From an uncultured Bacilli bacterium (GTDB lineage: Bacteria > Bacillota_I > Bacilli_A > RF39 > UBA660): 64,000 nt of DNA. The first letter of the stretch is position 1. Each line of letters starts with the position of its first letter. The DNA is taken from positions 1 to 64,000 of the forward strand of contig CANQQV010000001.1 in assembly GCA_947626095.1 (NCBI GenBank), read 5' to 3'. Shown here piece by piece: positions 9,502-23,227 of this stretch. The position numbers were made by a program, and so were the translations under genes. The notes under the pieces are model-generated. The model ran no database searches and was not told the DNA's origin. It saw only the letters and a list, made by a program, of their open reading frames with translations.

Positions 9502-11667
9502 TTAGTTTTTAAGTAATGTTAATTGAACTTTTTGTTTCGCTAAATCAATATTATCAACATAACAAGTTATAATATCACCAACATGTAATATATCATTTGG
9601 ATTTTTAACAAAAGACTTACTCATTTTAGAAATATGTATTAAACCATCATCATGTAAACCAATATCCACAAAAGCCCCAAATGATGCAACATTTCTTACT
9701 GTCCCTTGTAATTCCATTCCTACTTTTAAATCTTCAATATGTAAGACATCACTTTTTAATATTGGTGCTTCTAATTCGTCACGTGGATCTAATCCTGGAT
9801 TTAATAATTCTTTTATAATATCTTCAATTGTATATATATCCGATTTTAATTCACTAGCTAATTTAGAAGCATTTTGTTTCTTTAATTTTTCTTTAAATTC
9901 TTCACTATTAATATCTTTAATATCTAAGTTTAATTTCTTAAGTAAATTATTAGTAACTTCATAACTTTCAGGGTGAATACCTGTTTTATCTAAAGGATTA
10001 GTTCCATCAGGTATACGTAAAAATCCTATTGATTGTTCATATACTTTATCACTCATCCCTTTAATTTTTTTAATTTCTTCACGGGAAGTAATCTTCTTTT
10101 CTTCTTTATACTTATATATATTATCAATAACTGATTTAGTTAAACCAGATACATATTTTAAAATACTTTTAGAAGCTGTATTAATATTAACTCCAACACT
10201 ATTAACTACTTTAGATGTAGTAAAATCTAAAGCTTCTCCTAGTTGCTTTTGATTAACATCATATTGGTATTCTCCAACCCCAATACTTTTAGGATCTATT
10301 TTAACTAATTCTGATAGTGGATCTTGTAATCTACGCCCTATTGATACTGCACTTCTTTTTTCTACCGCTAAATCAGGAAACTCTTCAATTGCTAATTTAG
10401 AAGCACTATATATAGAAGCTCCTGCTTCCGAAGTAATAATATACTTACAAGGTAATTTATAATCATTAATTAATTCGGCACAGAACTTTTCTGATTCTCT
10501 TGAAGCAGTTCCATTACCTATAGATATTATATCTACTTTATACTTTTCAATTAAATTCTTCACAATAATCTTACTTTGTTCAATATATTTATCTTGGTTA
10601 CTACCATTTATAAAAGGTTTAATAACTGTTGAATCTAAATACTTACCAGAAGGATCAACTACAGCTAACTTACAACCATTAACATACCCAGGATCAAAAC
10701 CTAATACCGTCATTCCTTTAATCGGTCTCGTTAAAAGTAAATGTTCTAAGTTAGTCCCAAATGTTTCAATTGCAATTGTCTCCGCTTTCTCTGTTAACTC
10801 TGCTCTTATTTCTCTTTCAATACTAGGTAATATTAATCTCTTTAAAGAATCTTTAATACTATTCTTAACTAATTCTACAACAAAAGAATCTTTATTCTTT
10901 ATTAATTTACCCTCTAAATAAGACTCTATAGCGTCATTATCCATGTCAATTGATACAGTTAATACCTTTTCACTTTCACCTCTATTTAGAGCTAAAACAC
11001 GGTAATGCTTAATATATTTAACACGATCAGTAAACTCATAATACATCTCATATACTTTATTTGGATCTTCAGCATTCTTTTTTACTTTAGAACTAATCAT
11101 TCCATTACTAAAAACATTATATCTAATCCATTTACGATATGAAGCATTATCACTTATCCATTCGGCAATTATATAACCTGCTCCTTCTAACGCACTATTA
11201 GTATCTTTAACATTCTCATTAATAAACTTTTTCGCCATTTCTTCTAATGACCCCGTAACTGGAAAAGCCATAATCATCTTCGCTAAAGGTTCTAACCCAT
11301 TCTTAATCGCTTCTGAAGCTTTAGTCTTTTTCTTTTCTTTATATGGACGATATAAATCTTCTACTTCCGTTAACTTATTACATTTCATAATACTATCTTT
11401 AAGTTCTGGTGTTAATAAACCCTTTTCATCAATTAATCTAATAACATCTTCTTTTCTATTTAAAAGATTCTCTTGATATTTATATTGTTCTTCTATCGCT
11501 CTTATTTGGTCTTCATTTAAATTACCTGTTCTATCTTTACGATATCTAGCTATAAAAGGAATTGTTGCTCCTTCACTTAACATACTTAATACTTCTTTTA
11601 TTTGTCTTTCTTCTAGTCCTAATGAAGAAACTAGAAAACTAATTACTTCTTCCATTTTTATCACCAA
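9502..11667 (-). CDS. tex: Tex-family RNA-binding transcriptional accessory protein
   Basis: GATIPFIARYRK, YqgF-like DPG..GCK, EAGASIYSAS, C-terminal S1 domain (FGAFVDIG). Confidence 0.93.
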   Translation of the reverse strand: MVIKMEEVISFLVSSLGLEERQIKEVLSMLSEGATIPFIARYRKDRTGNLNEDQIRAIEEQYKYQENLLNRKEDVIRLIDEKGLLTPELKDSIMKCNKLTEVEDLYRPYKEKKKTKASEAIKNGLEPLAKMIMAFPVTGSLEEMAKKFINENVKDTNSALEGAGYIIAEWISDNASYRKWIRYNVFSNGMISSKVKKNAEDPNKVYEMYYEFTDRVKYIKHYRVLALNRGESEKVLTVSIDMDNDAIESYLEGKLIKNKDSFVVELVKNSIKDSLKRLILPSIEREIRAELTEKAETIAIETFGTNLEHLLLTRPIKGMTVLGFDPGYVNGCKLAVVDPSGKYLDSTVIKPFINGSNQDKYIEQSKIIVKNLIEKYKVDIISIGNGTASRESEKFCAELINDYKLPCKYIITSEAGASIYSASKLAIEEFPDLAVEKRSAVSIGRRLQDPLSELVKIDPKSIGVGEYQYDVNQKQLGEALDFTTSKVVNSVGVNINTASKSILKYVSGLTKSVIDNIYKYKEEKKITSREEIKKIKGMSDKVYEQSIGFLRIPDGTNPLDKTGIHPESYEVTNNLLKKLNLDIKDINSEEFKEKLKKQNASKLASELKSDIYTIEDIIKELLNPGLDPRDELEAPILKSDVLHIEDLKVGMELQGTVRNVASFGAFVDIGLHDDGLIHISKMSKSFVKNPNDILHVGDIITCYVDNIDLAKQKVQLTLLKN

Positions 11668-11716
11668 TGTTTATTATATCTAAATTTACTATTTATTTCC
11701 ATAGAAAAAAGAGAAC

Positions 11717-12664
11717 TTAATTCTCTTTATCATCTATTTTCTTTTTACTCTTTTTCTTCTTTTCACTAATTGTTTGTTCTTCCATAATAGGGGCACTATT
11801 AGCTGATTCTTCTTTTAATTTATTAATTTCCATAACCCCTGTTTTTTCCATCTCTTCATGATAATTCATCGCCATACCTATAACTAAGATATATGAAAGT
11901 AAATAAGTCCATAACATCAAAATAACGATATTAGCTAAACTACCATAAAAGACTGAATAATTAGCATAATGAGCTATGTAATATGAATAAGCTGCTGTAA
12001 CAAGTATCCAACCAACTGTTGTAAACACTGCTCCCCCATTTACATTACGACTAGGTATCTTTTTATCTGGTGCCATCGTATATATCGTCTTAATAAAGAA
12101 GAAGATAATCACCCATGATAATGGTCCACTCATAAAATGTAATGTTTTAACTACCATCGAGGTTGTCTCGGCATCTAAATTAAAATAATGAATTAAACTA
12201 ATTAAACTTTGTCCAAGTAAGGGGAAAACTAAAATAAATAGAAATAATATAACGATTACTAACTCCATAATAATAGCTTTTAATCTTCTTTTAAAGAATC
12301 CAGAATCTTGAATATTATAAATTGTATTCGAAGCCACTATAATCGAAGCCATTCCATTACTTGCGATAAAATAACCAACACCTAAAGTAATAAAGAAAGT
12401 TGGTGTTATCTTTGTTGCTGTAAGAATTGGTGTTACTAAGTTAGCTACATCTCCACCCAAAACATTAGATATTAACGATTGTACTATATCATTAGATAAT
12501 TTCAAGTAAGAACAAGCATACCCAATAAGTGTAATAGTTGGTACCATTGATAAGAAGATAAAAAATGCTATTTGTCCCGGTAAGATAAGCATCTCTGGAC
12601 GCCAGAATGCTTCCCAAAACCTTTGAAAAAAGTTTTTACGATTCTTTCTTTTCATCTGAACCAT
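11717..12664 (-). CDS. YihY/virulence factor BrkB family membrane protein
   Basis: AFFIFLSMVP, six TM segments, YSVFYGSLANIVILMLW; start may be the later MKRK ATG. Confidence 0.88.
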   Translation of the reverse strand: MVQMKRKNRKNFFQRFWEAFWRPEMLILPGQIAFFIFLSMVPTITLIGYACSYLKLSNDIVQSLISNVLGGDVANLVTPILTATKITPTFFITLGVGYFIASNGMASIIVASNTIYNIQDSGFFKRRLKAIIMELVIVILFLFILVFPLLGQSLISLIHYFNLDAETTSMVVKTLHFMSGPLSWVIIFFFIKTIYTMAPDKKIPSRNVNGGAVFTTVGWILVTAAYSYYIAHYANYSVFYGSLANIVILMLWTYLLSYILVIGMAMNYHEEMEKTGVMEINKLKEESANSAPIMEEQTISEKKKKSKKKIDDKEN

Positions 12665-14693
12665 CTTCTAATTCTTCTTTTTTCGTACGCATATCTTCTA
12701 CTGACTCATTAATTGAATCTTCAATTGTCTTCATATCATTTAATATCATACTATAACCAATAGCAGCCCCATACTCAAATGGTAAATTCTTAAATTCTTT
12801 ATATAATTTTCTTATATAACTAACTACTTGTTTCTCTTGATAACCAACTAAGTATATTAAGAACTCATTACCATCAGTACGCATAATATCAGTATTATCA
12901 AGTTGCGTCTTAATTAAAACATTAGCAGCTGCTTTAATCTGCGCATCACCTTGTTCATAACCTAATGTATCATTAATCTTTTGTACTTCATTTAAATCAA
13001 TAATAATTGTTGCTTGTGGATAAATTGTATTCTTATTCCAACTATTAATATTTTCATTTAAATAATTACGATTCTTTAATGAAGTTAATTGATCAATATA
13101 CTTCATCTTATCTTCTTTTTTAATCTTCTTAGCTATCTTAATCTTCTTCGTTGAACGATAAGCTAAATAAAGAATAATAATAAAGACAATAATAACAATA
13201 ACTGAGTATTTAGCCACTTGACCTAATACTGTACCAGAATTCATCGTATAAGTATGATTATAAGTACCTTTAACTATCACTTCATTAGGATCTAAAGTCT
13301 CAATATATCTATTAAATAATAAACTAAAGATATCATTTTCTCTAACATAAAAATTATATGTATCAGATAATGTATTACTATATCTAACTGTATATTCACT
13401 TAAAATTGATTTCTTATAATAATTATATACTTCACGATCTATTAATAATATCTTTTCATTACGTATAGCTTTCTTTAATTCTTTCTCATTACTATAAGTC
13501 TTTACTTCAACATTACCCATATTAGAAAGATATTTATCTAAAATACTATTAGCACTTACATATACTTCTTCCCCATTTAACGAAGTAATAGCATTAATAA
13601 TTAAAGAATTCTTTTCTGGTGCTACTACTACAAATGATACGTTCATTAATGAATCAATTGCTTGATACTTCGTATCTAAATTATAATAATTATAGAAAAT
13701 ATCTACTTTATTATTAGCAATAGCTTCTGTAAATTTAGCAAAGTTCTTATATTTAACTGGATTTATTTCTGTTTTACTAAAGTCCATAAACCTCGTTAAA
13801 TACTCACTTACTATTCCCCCATAAGAACCACTAATTAATACTTCATATGGACTATTATTAATAAAACCATACGTATATCTCTTAGCTTGCATATTAGCTA
13901 ATTCTTTATCTGAAATAGATAAAGCACTAGTAAATGTTAACAACTCATTTTCATTAATTGATACATTTAGATCTTCTTCTTTATATTCCGCAAAAGTCTT
14001 TTTAATTATATCACTAAAAGTATCATTTTCTTTAACTCTAAAAACCATATATTTATTTAAATCACTAATATGATAATCAATATTATAATTAGATGTTAAA
14101 ATAGACGTTAAATTCTCTTCTAATGGTAAGACAGCATAATCAATATCTTCATTAGTTTCTAACGCATTAAGTAAATCCGTTGATGTCTCATAAGGATTTA
14201 CTACCACATTAGATGTATCTACTAAGTACTTAGATACTAAACTTTCATCTGGTGCTAAAACACCTAAACGACTATCAGATAATTGCGCCAAAGAACTAAT
14301 ATTTTGTTTCTCTTTACTTACTACTACATAATGTTCTGTATAAAACAAAACATCACTATCTAAAAGATCATAAGTGATCATAAAAGCACGATCACTTACT
14401 TCTTCACCAACATTATAAGTAATTGGATTTATATCAATTCCATATTTTTCTTCAACATATCCTACATAATCAAAGAAAACCCCAGTTCCATTTTTCCCAA
14501 ATACATCAAGATTAACTGGTACATAAACACTATGAACTTGATTAATATTCTGCGTAATCCATTCCTTTTCTTCTACTGTTAATTTATCTTCATCATTTAA
14601 TATCTTATAAGTTATAATTCCTAAAGTAGCAATAGCTATAATACTTATTAAGACGATAAAAATGACTTTCTTATACGATTTACCTTTTTTCAT
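12636..14693 (-). CDS. membrane sensor with extracellular solute-binding-like domains and degenerate GGDEF domain
   Basis: Two TM segments; DQLTSLKNR, INDTLGYEQGD, and RTDGNEF in place of RxGGDEF. Confidence 0.8.
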   Translation of the reverse strand: MKKGKSYKKVIFIVLISIIAIATLGIITYKILNDEDKLTVEEKEWITQNINQVHSVYVPVNLDVFGKNGTGVFFDYVGYVEEKYGIDINPITYNVGEEVSDRAFMITYDLLDSDVLFYTEHYVVVSKEKQNISSLAQLSDSRLGVLAPDESLVSKYLVDTSNVVVNPYETSTDLLNALETNEDIDYAVLPLEENLTSILTSNYNIDYHISDLNKYMVFRVKENDTFSDIIKKTFAEYKEEDLNVSINENELLTFTSALSISDKELANMQAKRYTYGFINNSPYEVLISGSYGGIVSEYLTRFMDFSKTEINPVKYKNFAKFTEAIANNKVDIFYNYYNLDTKYQAIDSLMNVSFVVVAPEKNSLIINAITSLNGEEVYVSANSILDKYLSNMGNVEVKTYSNEKELKKAIRNEKILLIDREVYNYYKKSILSEYTVRYSNTLSDTYNFYVRENDIFSLLFNRYIETLDPNEVIVKGTYNHTYTMNSGTVLGQVAKYSVIVIIVFIIILYLAYRSTKKIKIAKKIKKEDKMKYIDQLTSLKNRNYLNENINSWNKNTIYPQATIIIDLNEVQKINDTLGYEQGDAQIKAAANVLIKTQLDNTDIMRTDGNEFLIYLVGYQEKQVVSYIRKLYKEFKNLPFEYGAAIGYSMILNDMKTIEDSINESVEDMRTKKEELEDGSDEKKES

Positions 14694-14695
14694 AA

Positions 14696-15199
14696 CTATT
14701 CACCATCAGTAGTCGTAGTTGTTACTTCACGATTATTGTCCCAAACCATTCCTGTACCATTACTATTATGAGCTCCTTCAACAAAGAATCCGTCACTAGT
14801 AGAAGTAGCTTTCTTCTCTAAATCAATATTAAAATCATAGAATCCTTGTTCATCTTCCGTAAAACTTTCTAATGATTTAGCCGCAATACTCTTTGCTTCT
14901 TCTAAAGAACAATTCTCTTCATAAGTAACTTTTATATAAATTATTTTACCTTCAATAGTTAAATTAACTGCTTTTACTTTTTCATTATTAGCTAAATTAA
15001 CTTTATAATCACTAATTTTACTTTCACTGATTTGATGATCTTCAATACCATCTAAACGATCACCATATTTATCTTTACCTTTTCCAATATAAAAACATTG
15101 AATAAGTATGGTTGTAATAATAACTACACAAACTAATATAACTGCCATTAAAATCGTAAATATACGATGATCCCTATAAAACTTTTTTATTCTTTTCAT
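14696..15199 (-). CDS. hypothetical membrane-anchored protein
   Basis: SD GAGGTGG, N-terminal TM, KYGDRLDGI motif. Confidence 0.75.
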   Translation of the reverse strand: MKRIKKFYRDHRIFTILMAVILVCVVIITTILIQCFYIGKGKDKYGDRLDGIEDHQISESKISDYKVNLANNEKVKAVNLTIEGKIIYIKVTYEENCSLEEAKSIAAKSLESFTEDEQGFYDFNIDLEKKATSTSDGFFVEGAHNSNGTGMVWDNNREVTTTTTDGE

Positions 15200-15283
15200 T
15201 TATATCCCACCTCTTTTAATAGGTATTTAAATTATACTACATTATGCCATTATAAGCAATCAAACGAACTAAAAAAAAAGAAA

Positions 15284-18171
<2,888 letters not shown>

Positions 18172-18189
18172 TTAAATTCTCCCTTTATT

Positions 18190-20280
18190 TTATATTTTCT
18201 TTATACTCTTATGATTCTTCATTAACTTTTTAATTCCATAATTCTTAGCAAAAGCTACCGTTAAGAAATCACCCTTAACTTCTATAACTACACCTCGACC
18301 ATATATCATATGCATAATAACATCCCCATCTTTAAAGTCAACATCCATATTATTATGATATAACTCTTCACGATTAATCTTTTCTTCATCAAGCATCTTT
18401 TCATTTTGAATATCTAATAAATTATCATCTATTTCTTTTATAAATCTACTAGGTGGATTAATAACATCTTTACCATATAACATTCTTCGCTTAGCATTAG
18501 TAATATATAGTTTTTCTTTAGCTCTTGTAATTCCTACATAGCATAATCTTCTTTCCTCTTCTAAGCCTCCCTCTTCTGTAAAAGAGTTTTGATGAGGAAA
18601 TATTCCATCTTCCATACCTATTAAAAAGACAACCGCAAATTCTAATCCTTTTGCACTATGAATCGTCATCAAAGTAACAACATCGTTATCTTCTTCTTGA
18701 TGTTCCGTAATATCAGCAATTAAACTTATTTCTTCTAAGAAATCTGCTAAACTAACTGACCCCGTTTGTTCTTCAAATGTCTTAGTAATAGATTTAAACT
18801 CTTCCAAGTTATCTAATCTTAATTCACTCTCTAAAGTATTATCATTTTGATACTCTTCTCTTATCCCTGTTTCATCTAAGATAATATCAATTAACTCGGT
18901 TAAAGAATGATTATCAGCTTCTTCAGTTAAATGTAAGATTAACTCTTTAAATACTTGCTCTTTCCCTTTACTAATTACACTAAACATCGAAGTATTATTA
19001 TCTCTAGCTTCTTGTTCTAATTTTGTTAAAGTAGCTTCCCCAATCCCTCTTTTAGGTACATTAATAACTCTTCTTAAACTAATTTCATCATTATTATTTA
19101 GTATTAACCTTAAATAACAAATTAAATCTTTAATTTCTTTACGGGAATAGAAATAATAACTACCTACTACTTTATATGGTACATTAGCTTTTAAAAACAT
19201 TTCTTCAACTAAACGTGCTTGCGCATTAGTACGATACAATACCGCGATATCTTTCTTATGATACCCATCATCAACTAATCTCTTTATTTCATCTAATACC
19301 ATTTGGATTTCATGTTTATCATCATAAGCTCTTAAATACTTCGTCTTACTACCTTCTCCATTACTACTCCATAAATTCTTTTCTTTTCTTTCTTTATTAT
19401 TTCTAATAACTGAGTTAGCAGTATCTAAGATATTTTTCGTTGAACGATAATTCTCTTCCAAAGGAATAACTACCGCATCTTTATAATCTTTTTCAAAATT
19501 TAATATATTACGAAAATTAGCTCCTCTAAACATATATATTGATTGATCAGGATCACCAACTATAAATATATTTTTATACTTTCTTGCTAATAACTTCGAT
19601 AATTTATATTGTACTTCATTTGTATCTTGATACTCATCTATTAAAATATACTTAAATTTATCTTGATAACTTTCAAGTATATCTTTATTTTCCATAAATA
19701 ACTTAACTGGTAATCTTAGTAAATCATCAAAATCTACTGAATTATTTTTAGCTAATACATCCATATATTCATAATATACTTTAATAGCTACTTTATCCTG
19801 CGCTGTATTAAATAATCTATTTATTTCATCATCTGTAAGCATTTCATTCTTTATGGTACTAATTTTATTTCTAATATAAGCTGGAGTCGTTAACTTAGGA
19901 TCATAGTCATTATCTTTCATAATCTTTTTGATAATTGTTAATACATCATCACTATCGACAATCGAAAAATTACGATCTAATCCTAGTATTGGCGCATTCT
20001 CCCTAATAATTCTAACTCCCAATGAATGGAAAGTCCCTACAAAAGCATTATTATTAGGTAATAATTTATCTAGTCTTTCTCTCATTTCTTTCGCTGCTTT
20101 ATTAGTAAATGTTATCGCTAAAATATTATATGAAGGGATTCCCTTATTAATTAAATTAGCAATTCTAGTCGTTAACACTCTAGTCTTCCCACTACCAGCT
20201 CCCGCTAAGACTAAGCAAGGTCCATCTATATGATTTACTGCTTCTAATTGTTTATCATTAAGTCCGTTTAAAAAATCCAT
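18190..20280 (-). CDS. pcrA: ATP-dependent DNA helicase PcrA/UvrD
   Basis: AGAGSGKT, TFTNKAA, DEYQD, GDPDQSIY, TIHSAKGLEF, EERRLCYVGITRA; start set at MDFLNG. Confidence 0.96.
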   Translation of the reverse strand: MDFLNGLNDKQLEAVNHIDGPCLVLAGAGSGKTRVLTTRIANLINKGIPSYNILAITFTNKAAKEMRERLDKLLPNNNAFVGTFHSLGVRIIRENAPILGLDRNFSIVDSDDVLTIIKKIMKDNDYDPKLTTPAYIRNKISTIKNEMLTDDEINRLFNTAQDKVAIKVYYEYMDVLAKNNSVDFDDLLRLPVKLFMENKDILESYQDKFKYILIDEYQDTNEVQYKLSKLLARKYKNIFIVGDPDQSIYMFRGANFRNILNFEKDYKDAVVIPLEENYRSTKNILDTANSVIRNNKERKEKNLWSSNGEGSKTKYLRAYDDKHEIQMVLDEIKRLVDDGYHKKDIAVLYRTNAQARLVEEMFLKANVPYKVVGSYYFYSRKEIKDLICYLRLILNNNDEISLRRVINVPKRGIGEATLTKLEQEARDNNTSMFSVISKGKEQVFKELILHLTEEADNHSLTELIDIILDETGIREEYQNDNTLESELRLDNLEEFKSITKTFEEQTGSVSLADFLEEISLIADITEHQEEDNDVVTLMTIHSAKGLEFAVVFLIGMEDGIFPHQNSFTEEGGLEEERRLCYVGITRAKEKLYITNAKRRMLYGKDVINPPSRFIKEIDDNLLDIQNEKMLDEEKINREELYHNNMDVDFKDGDVIMHMIYGRGVVIEVKGDFLTVAFAKNYGIKKLMKNHKSIKKI

Positions 20281-20403
20281 GTTGCATCCTGCTTTCTTTT
20301 TTTTATTATAACATGTATGCCAATTTATTGATAGCATTTTTAATCCTAAAAGCGAACTTTTATTTGCGGTTTAAAGCAAAAGAAAAAAGGGAATAAATCC
20401 CTT

Positions 20404-20691
20404 TTATAGATATTCCATTATTGCAACATTTTTTTCTAACTTAACAATTAAATCTTCATTATCATATTTAGAAAAAATATCATCAAATGTCTTTGTATCT
20501 ATTAAAAACATATTATAAAAACTAGCAAAAGCATCAACATAATTTGTAATACCTAAATTCTTTAAGCAATTAATATTAGTTGTAACTACTTCTTCATTCT
20601 TCTTAAGCTCTTCAATAACTACTTCTGGAATATTTCTATTTAATACCTCTACTATATCTTCAGGAAAACCTAAATTAACTAAATAATTCAT
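20404..20691 (-). CDS. hypothetical protein
   Basis: 95-aa ORF coupled (TAATG) to the upstream gene, with SD GGAGG. Confidence 0.75.
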   Translation of the reverse strand: MNYLVNLGFPEDIVEVLNRNIPEVVIEELKKNEEVVTTNINCLKNLGITNYVDAFASFYNMFLIDTKTFDDIFSKYDNEDLIVKLEKNVAIMEYL

Positions 20692-23099
20692 TAAGCTTCG
20701 CCTCCATCTTTAGTAGATTCACTACCATAAGCATCTATTATTTGTTTTAATACATCCTCAGTTTGTCTTAAATTATATAATACAGCACTTAGTATTAATT
20801 CTTTTTCCTTACCTTCTACTGTATCTCTACCTTTAACTAATACAGCTAAGTTTCTTTCTACTTTATTCTTAGAAACAGGAACATCATTAACTAAATATGT
20901 ATATTCTCCATAAGCTACAACATTTAACTTATTATTAAATATTTCTTTCAAACTATTTAACATTTCTTTTTCTTGATCAGTTAACTCTATATCTTTAAAT
21001 AATGTCGTACTATCATAATAGTTATCTAATACTTCAACCATTTCTTTAGAACCATCTAATAAAGTTGCTATTGAAGCATTAACTTCTTTTCTATCACGAG
21101 GCATATACTCATTAACATCTTGATGATAAGTTCTATAGAACTTAAGTCCATCAACAATATTTTTATTTATAATACCTTCTTCTTCATCTTCAAAAATAGA
21201 TTCATTATTAGCACTAGCATATCTAGTTCTAGCAATTAAAGCATCTACACGATTAGAAAGAACTTCTGGAGTTTCAAATAAATCTTCTAATTTAGCTTCA
21301 ACTAAATCATCAATATCAAATAATAATTCTTTAGAATTTTTAAAGAAAGTTCCTAAAGCATATTTTCCATTTTTTCTTTGAATAGAAAGTAAATAATTCT
21401 TTAATACTTCAACATCTTCTTTAACATTATCTGACTTATATAATACAGCTTGATAATTTCTTAAATCTTTTTCATCAATTTCAAAGCCATTATCAACTAA
21501 AATCTTAATATTATCATTGTACTTACTTACATCTAAAGCTATTAAATGAACATTTTCATCACTAAGTTTATCATTAGTTTCTTCAATAGTCTTAATACGT
21601 TCTTCTAATACTGAATATTCTACTTCTAAACCACTATCTTCAGTTTCTATTAATTCTTTTAATTTGTGTTCATTAATTCCTTTAGCTCTTAACAAAGTAA
21701 CTTTCTTATTTAATTCTTTATCAACTAAATAACTATGATTATTTCTTACTTCATATATTACTTTATCATCTACATTTATACTTCTAAGTATTTCATAATT
21801 TTCTTCAACATGTTTAATATCACAATTACTTAATTCTTCTAATAATTCTTTATTATCTTCTACATATTCTAAATTTAATCCTATATTCTCTAAATTACTC
21901 TTAAGTTCCTTATAAGGGTCTTCCTCTTTTGGTTCTTCTGCAACAACAGTAACCTCTGGTTCTTCTTCCTTAGGTTCTTCATCTATAGCAGTTTCTTCTT
22001 CTAATTCAGATTCTGTTGGATTTTCTTCCTTTACTTCACTAGATAAAACAATTGGTTCTTCTTGTAAATTAAATTCTGGTAATTTAGCTTCTTCATTAGT
22101 TATATCTTGAAATTCTTCTTCAGTATTTTCTTGCTCTTCACTTCTATTTAAACTAGTAATATCTAATATCTGTGTAGGTTCGTCATCTATTACAGAATTT
22201 AAATTTTGATAAGTTTGTGAAGTTAAATCTTCGTTTTCAGGCTCCTCATTTAAATATGCCTCTAAATTAACTTCGCTATTATCTTCTTTAACTGGTTCTT
22301 GAACTACTTCTACTTCCTCTTGTGGTTCTTCAGTTTTTTCTTCAACAACTGGTGGAACAATAACTATTTCAGAATCATTATCCTTTTCTTCTTTAGTTTC
22401 TTCAACTTCTTCTTGTGGTTTACTAAAATCTGGATGTTCTCTATCATCGTAAGTTTCATCAAATTCAATTAAACCATCTTCTGGGAATAAAATAACTTTT
22501 GCTAAAGCAGAAACTTCTCTTGAGTTAAATACACCAAATCTTTCAATTATATCTTTAGCATCTTTAATCGTTAAAGATTCTCTTTCTGCTGCATTAGCAG
22601 ATAAACTTTGTTCTAATAAACCAATCAAATCATTTCTATCTTCTTTAGCTGATTCTAATCTTTCATTTAAATTATTTAATTCATTACTAAGGGTTTCTCT
22701 GGCATGTTTAGCATCTTCAATCGCTCTACCAGCTTTATCAATCTTTTCATTTAATTCATCACAATATAAAGGAGCTTTTTCATTAATAGTATCTAACATA
22801 TTAGTAATATCTAGATTAATACCTATTTCATTTAAAGCACTAAAAGTATCATTACCAATTCCAGTAAATGTTGAACAGAACGCCTCTTTTTGCGTCATAA
22901 AAATAGAAAGTTGACTTTCCATTTCAACCTTAGATAATTCATTATTAGATTGCTTAGATGTTTCTTCTGCAATATTGTCTTCTACTCTCTGAATATCGCC
23001 TTTAATTTGTGAAATAATAACATTGTTTTCACCCTTAAGATTATATAATCTTTCCAACAATTCAGCTAAGTCTTGTGTCATTTTCATCACACTACACAC
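20691..23099 (-). CDS. large acidic coiled-coil hypothetical protein
   Basis: 802-aa ORF with N-terminal coiled coil and central Glu/Pro-rich linker. Confidence 0.75.
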   Translation of the reverse strand: MCSVMKMTQDLAELLERLYNLKGENNVIISQIKGDIQRVEDNIAEETSKQSNNELSKVEMESQLSIFMTQKEAFCSTFTGIGNDTFSALNEIGINLDITNMLDTINEKAPLYCDELNEKIDKAGRAIEDAKHARETLSNELNNLNERLESAKEDRNDLIGLLEQSLSANAAERESLTIKDAKDIIERFGVFNSREVSALAKVILFPEDGLIEFDETYDDREHPDFSKPQEEVEETKEEKDNDSEIVIVPPVVEEKTEEPQEEVEVVQEPVKEDNSEVNLEAYLNEEPENEDLTSQTYQNLNSVIDDEPTQILDITSLNRSEEQENTEEEFQDITNEEAKLPEFNLQEEPIVLSSEVKEENPTESELEEETAIDEEPKEEEPEVTVVAEEPKEEDPYKELKSNLENIGLNLEYVEDNKELLEELSNCDIKHVEENYEILRSINVDDKVIYEVRNNHSYLVDKELNKKVTLLRAKGINEHKLKELIETEDSGLEVEYSVLEERIKTIEETNDKLSDENVHLIALDVSKYNDNIKILVDNGFEIDEKDLRNYQAVLYKSDNVKEDVEVLKNYLLSIQRKNGKYALGTFFKNSKELLFDIDDLVEAKLEDLFETPEVLSNRVDALIARTRYASANNESIFEDEEEGIINKNIVDGLKFYRTYHQDVNEYMPRDRKEVNASIATLLDGSKEMVEVLDNYYDSTTLFKDIELTDQEKEMLNSLKEIFNNKLNVVAYGEYTYLVNDVPVSKNKVERNLAVLVKGRDTVEGKEKELILSAVLYNLRQTEDVLKQIIDAYGSESTKDGGEA

Positions 23100-23173
23100 C
23101 CTCTTATTATAATTAAAATTATAGCAAAAAAGTTATATAGTGTAAATCTTTTTTTCTGAAAATTTCGCCTACG

Positions 23174-23202
23174 CACGATAAACTCGCACACAGAATATAA
23201 TA
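23174..23202 (+). promoter_or_regulatory. candidate promoter of the split ABC operon (sigma-K-like spacing)
   Basis: CACG-16 nt-AATATAATA resembles mACm-N16-CATANNNTA; contains TATAAT but no good sigma-A -35. Confidence 0.3.
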
Positions 23203-23227
23203 ATATTGAAAGTAGGAGGGATTTTTT

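Noticed and set aside
20281-20337. 19-aa N-terminal extension of PcrA
   Set aside because: It runs through the promoter-like TGTTATAAT; family similarity begins at MDFLNGLN
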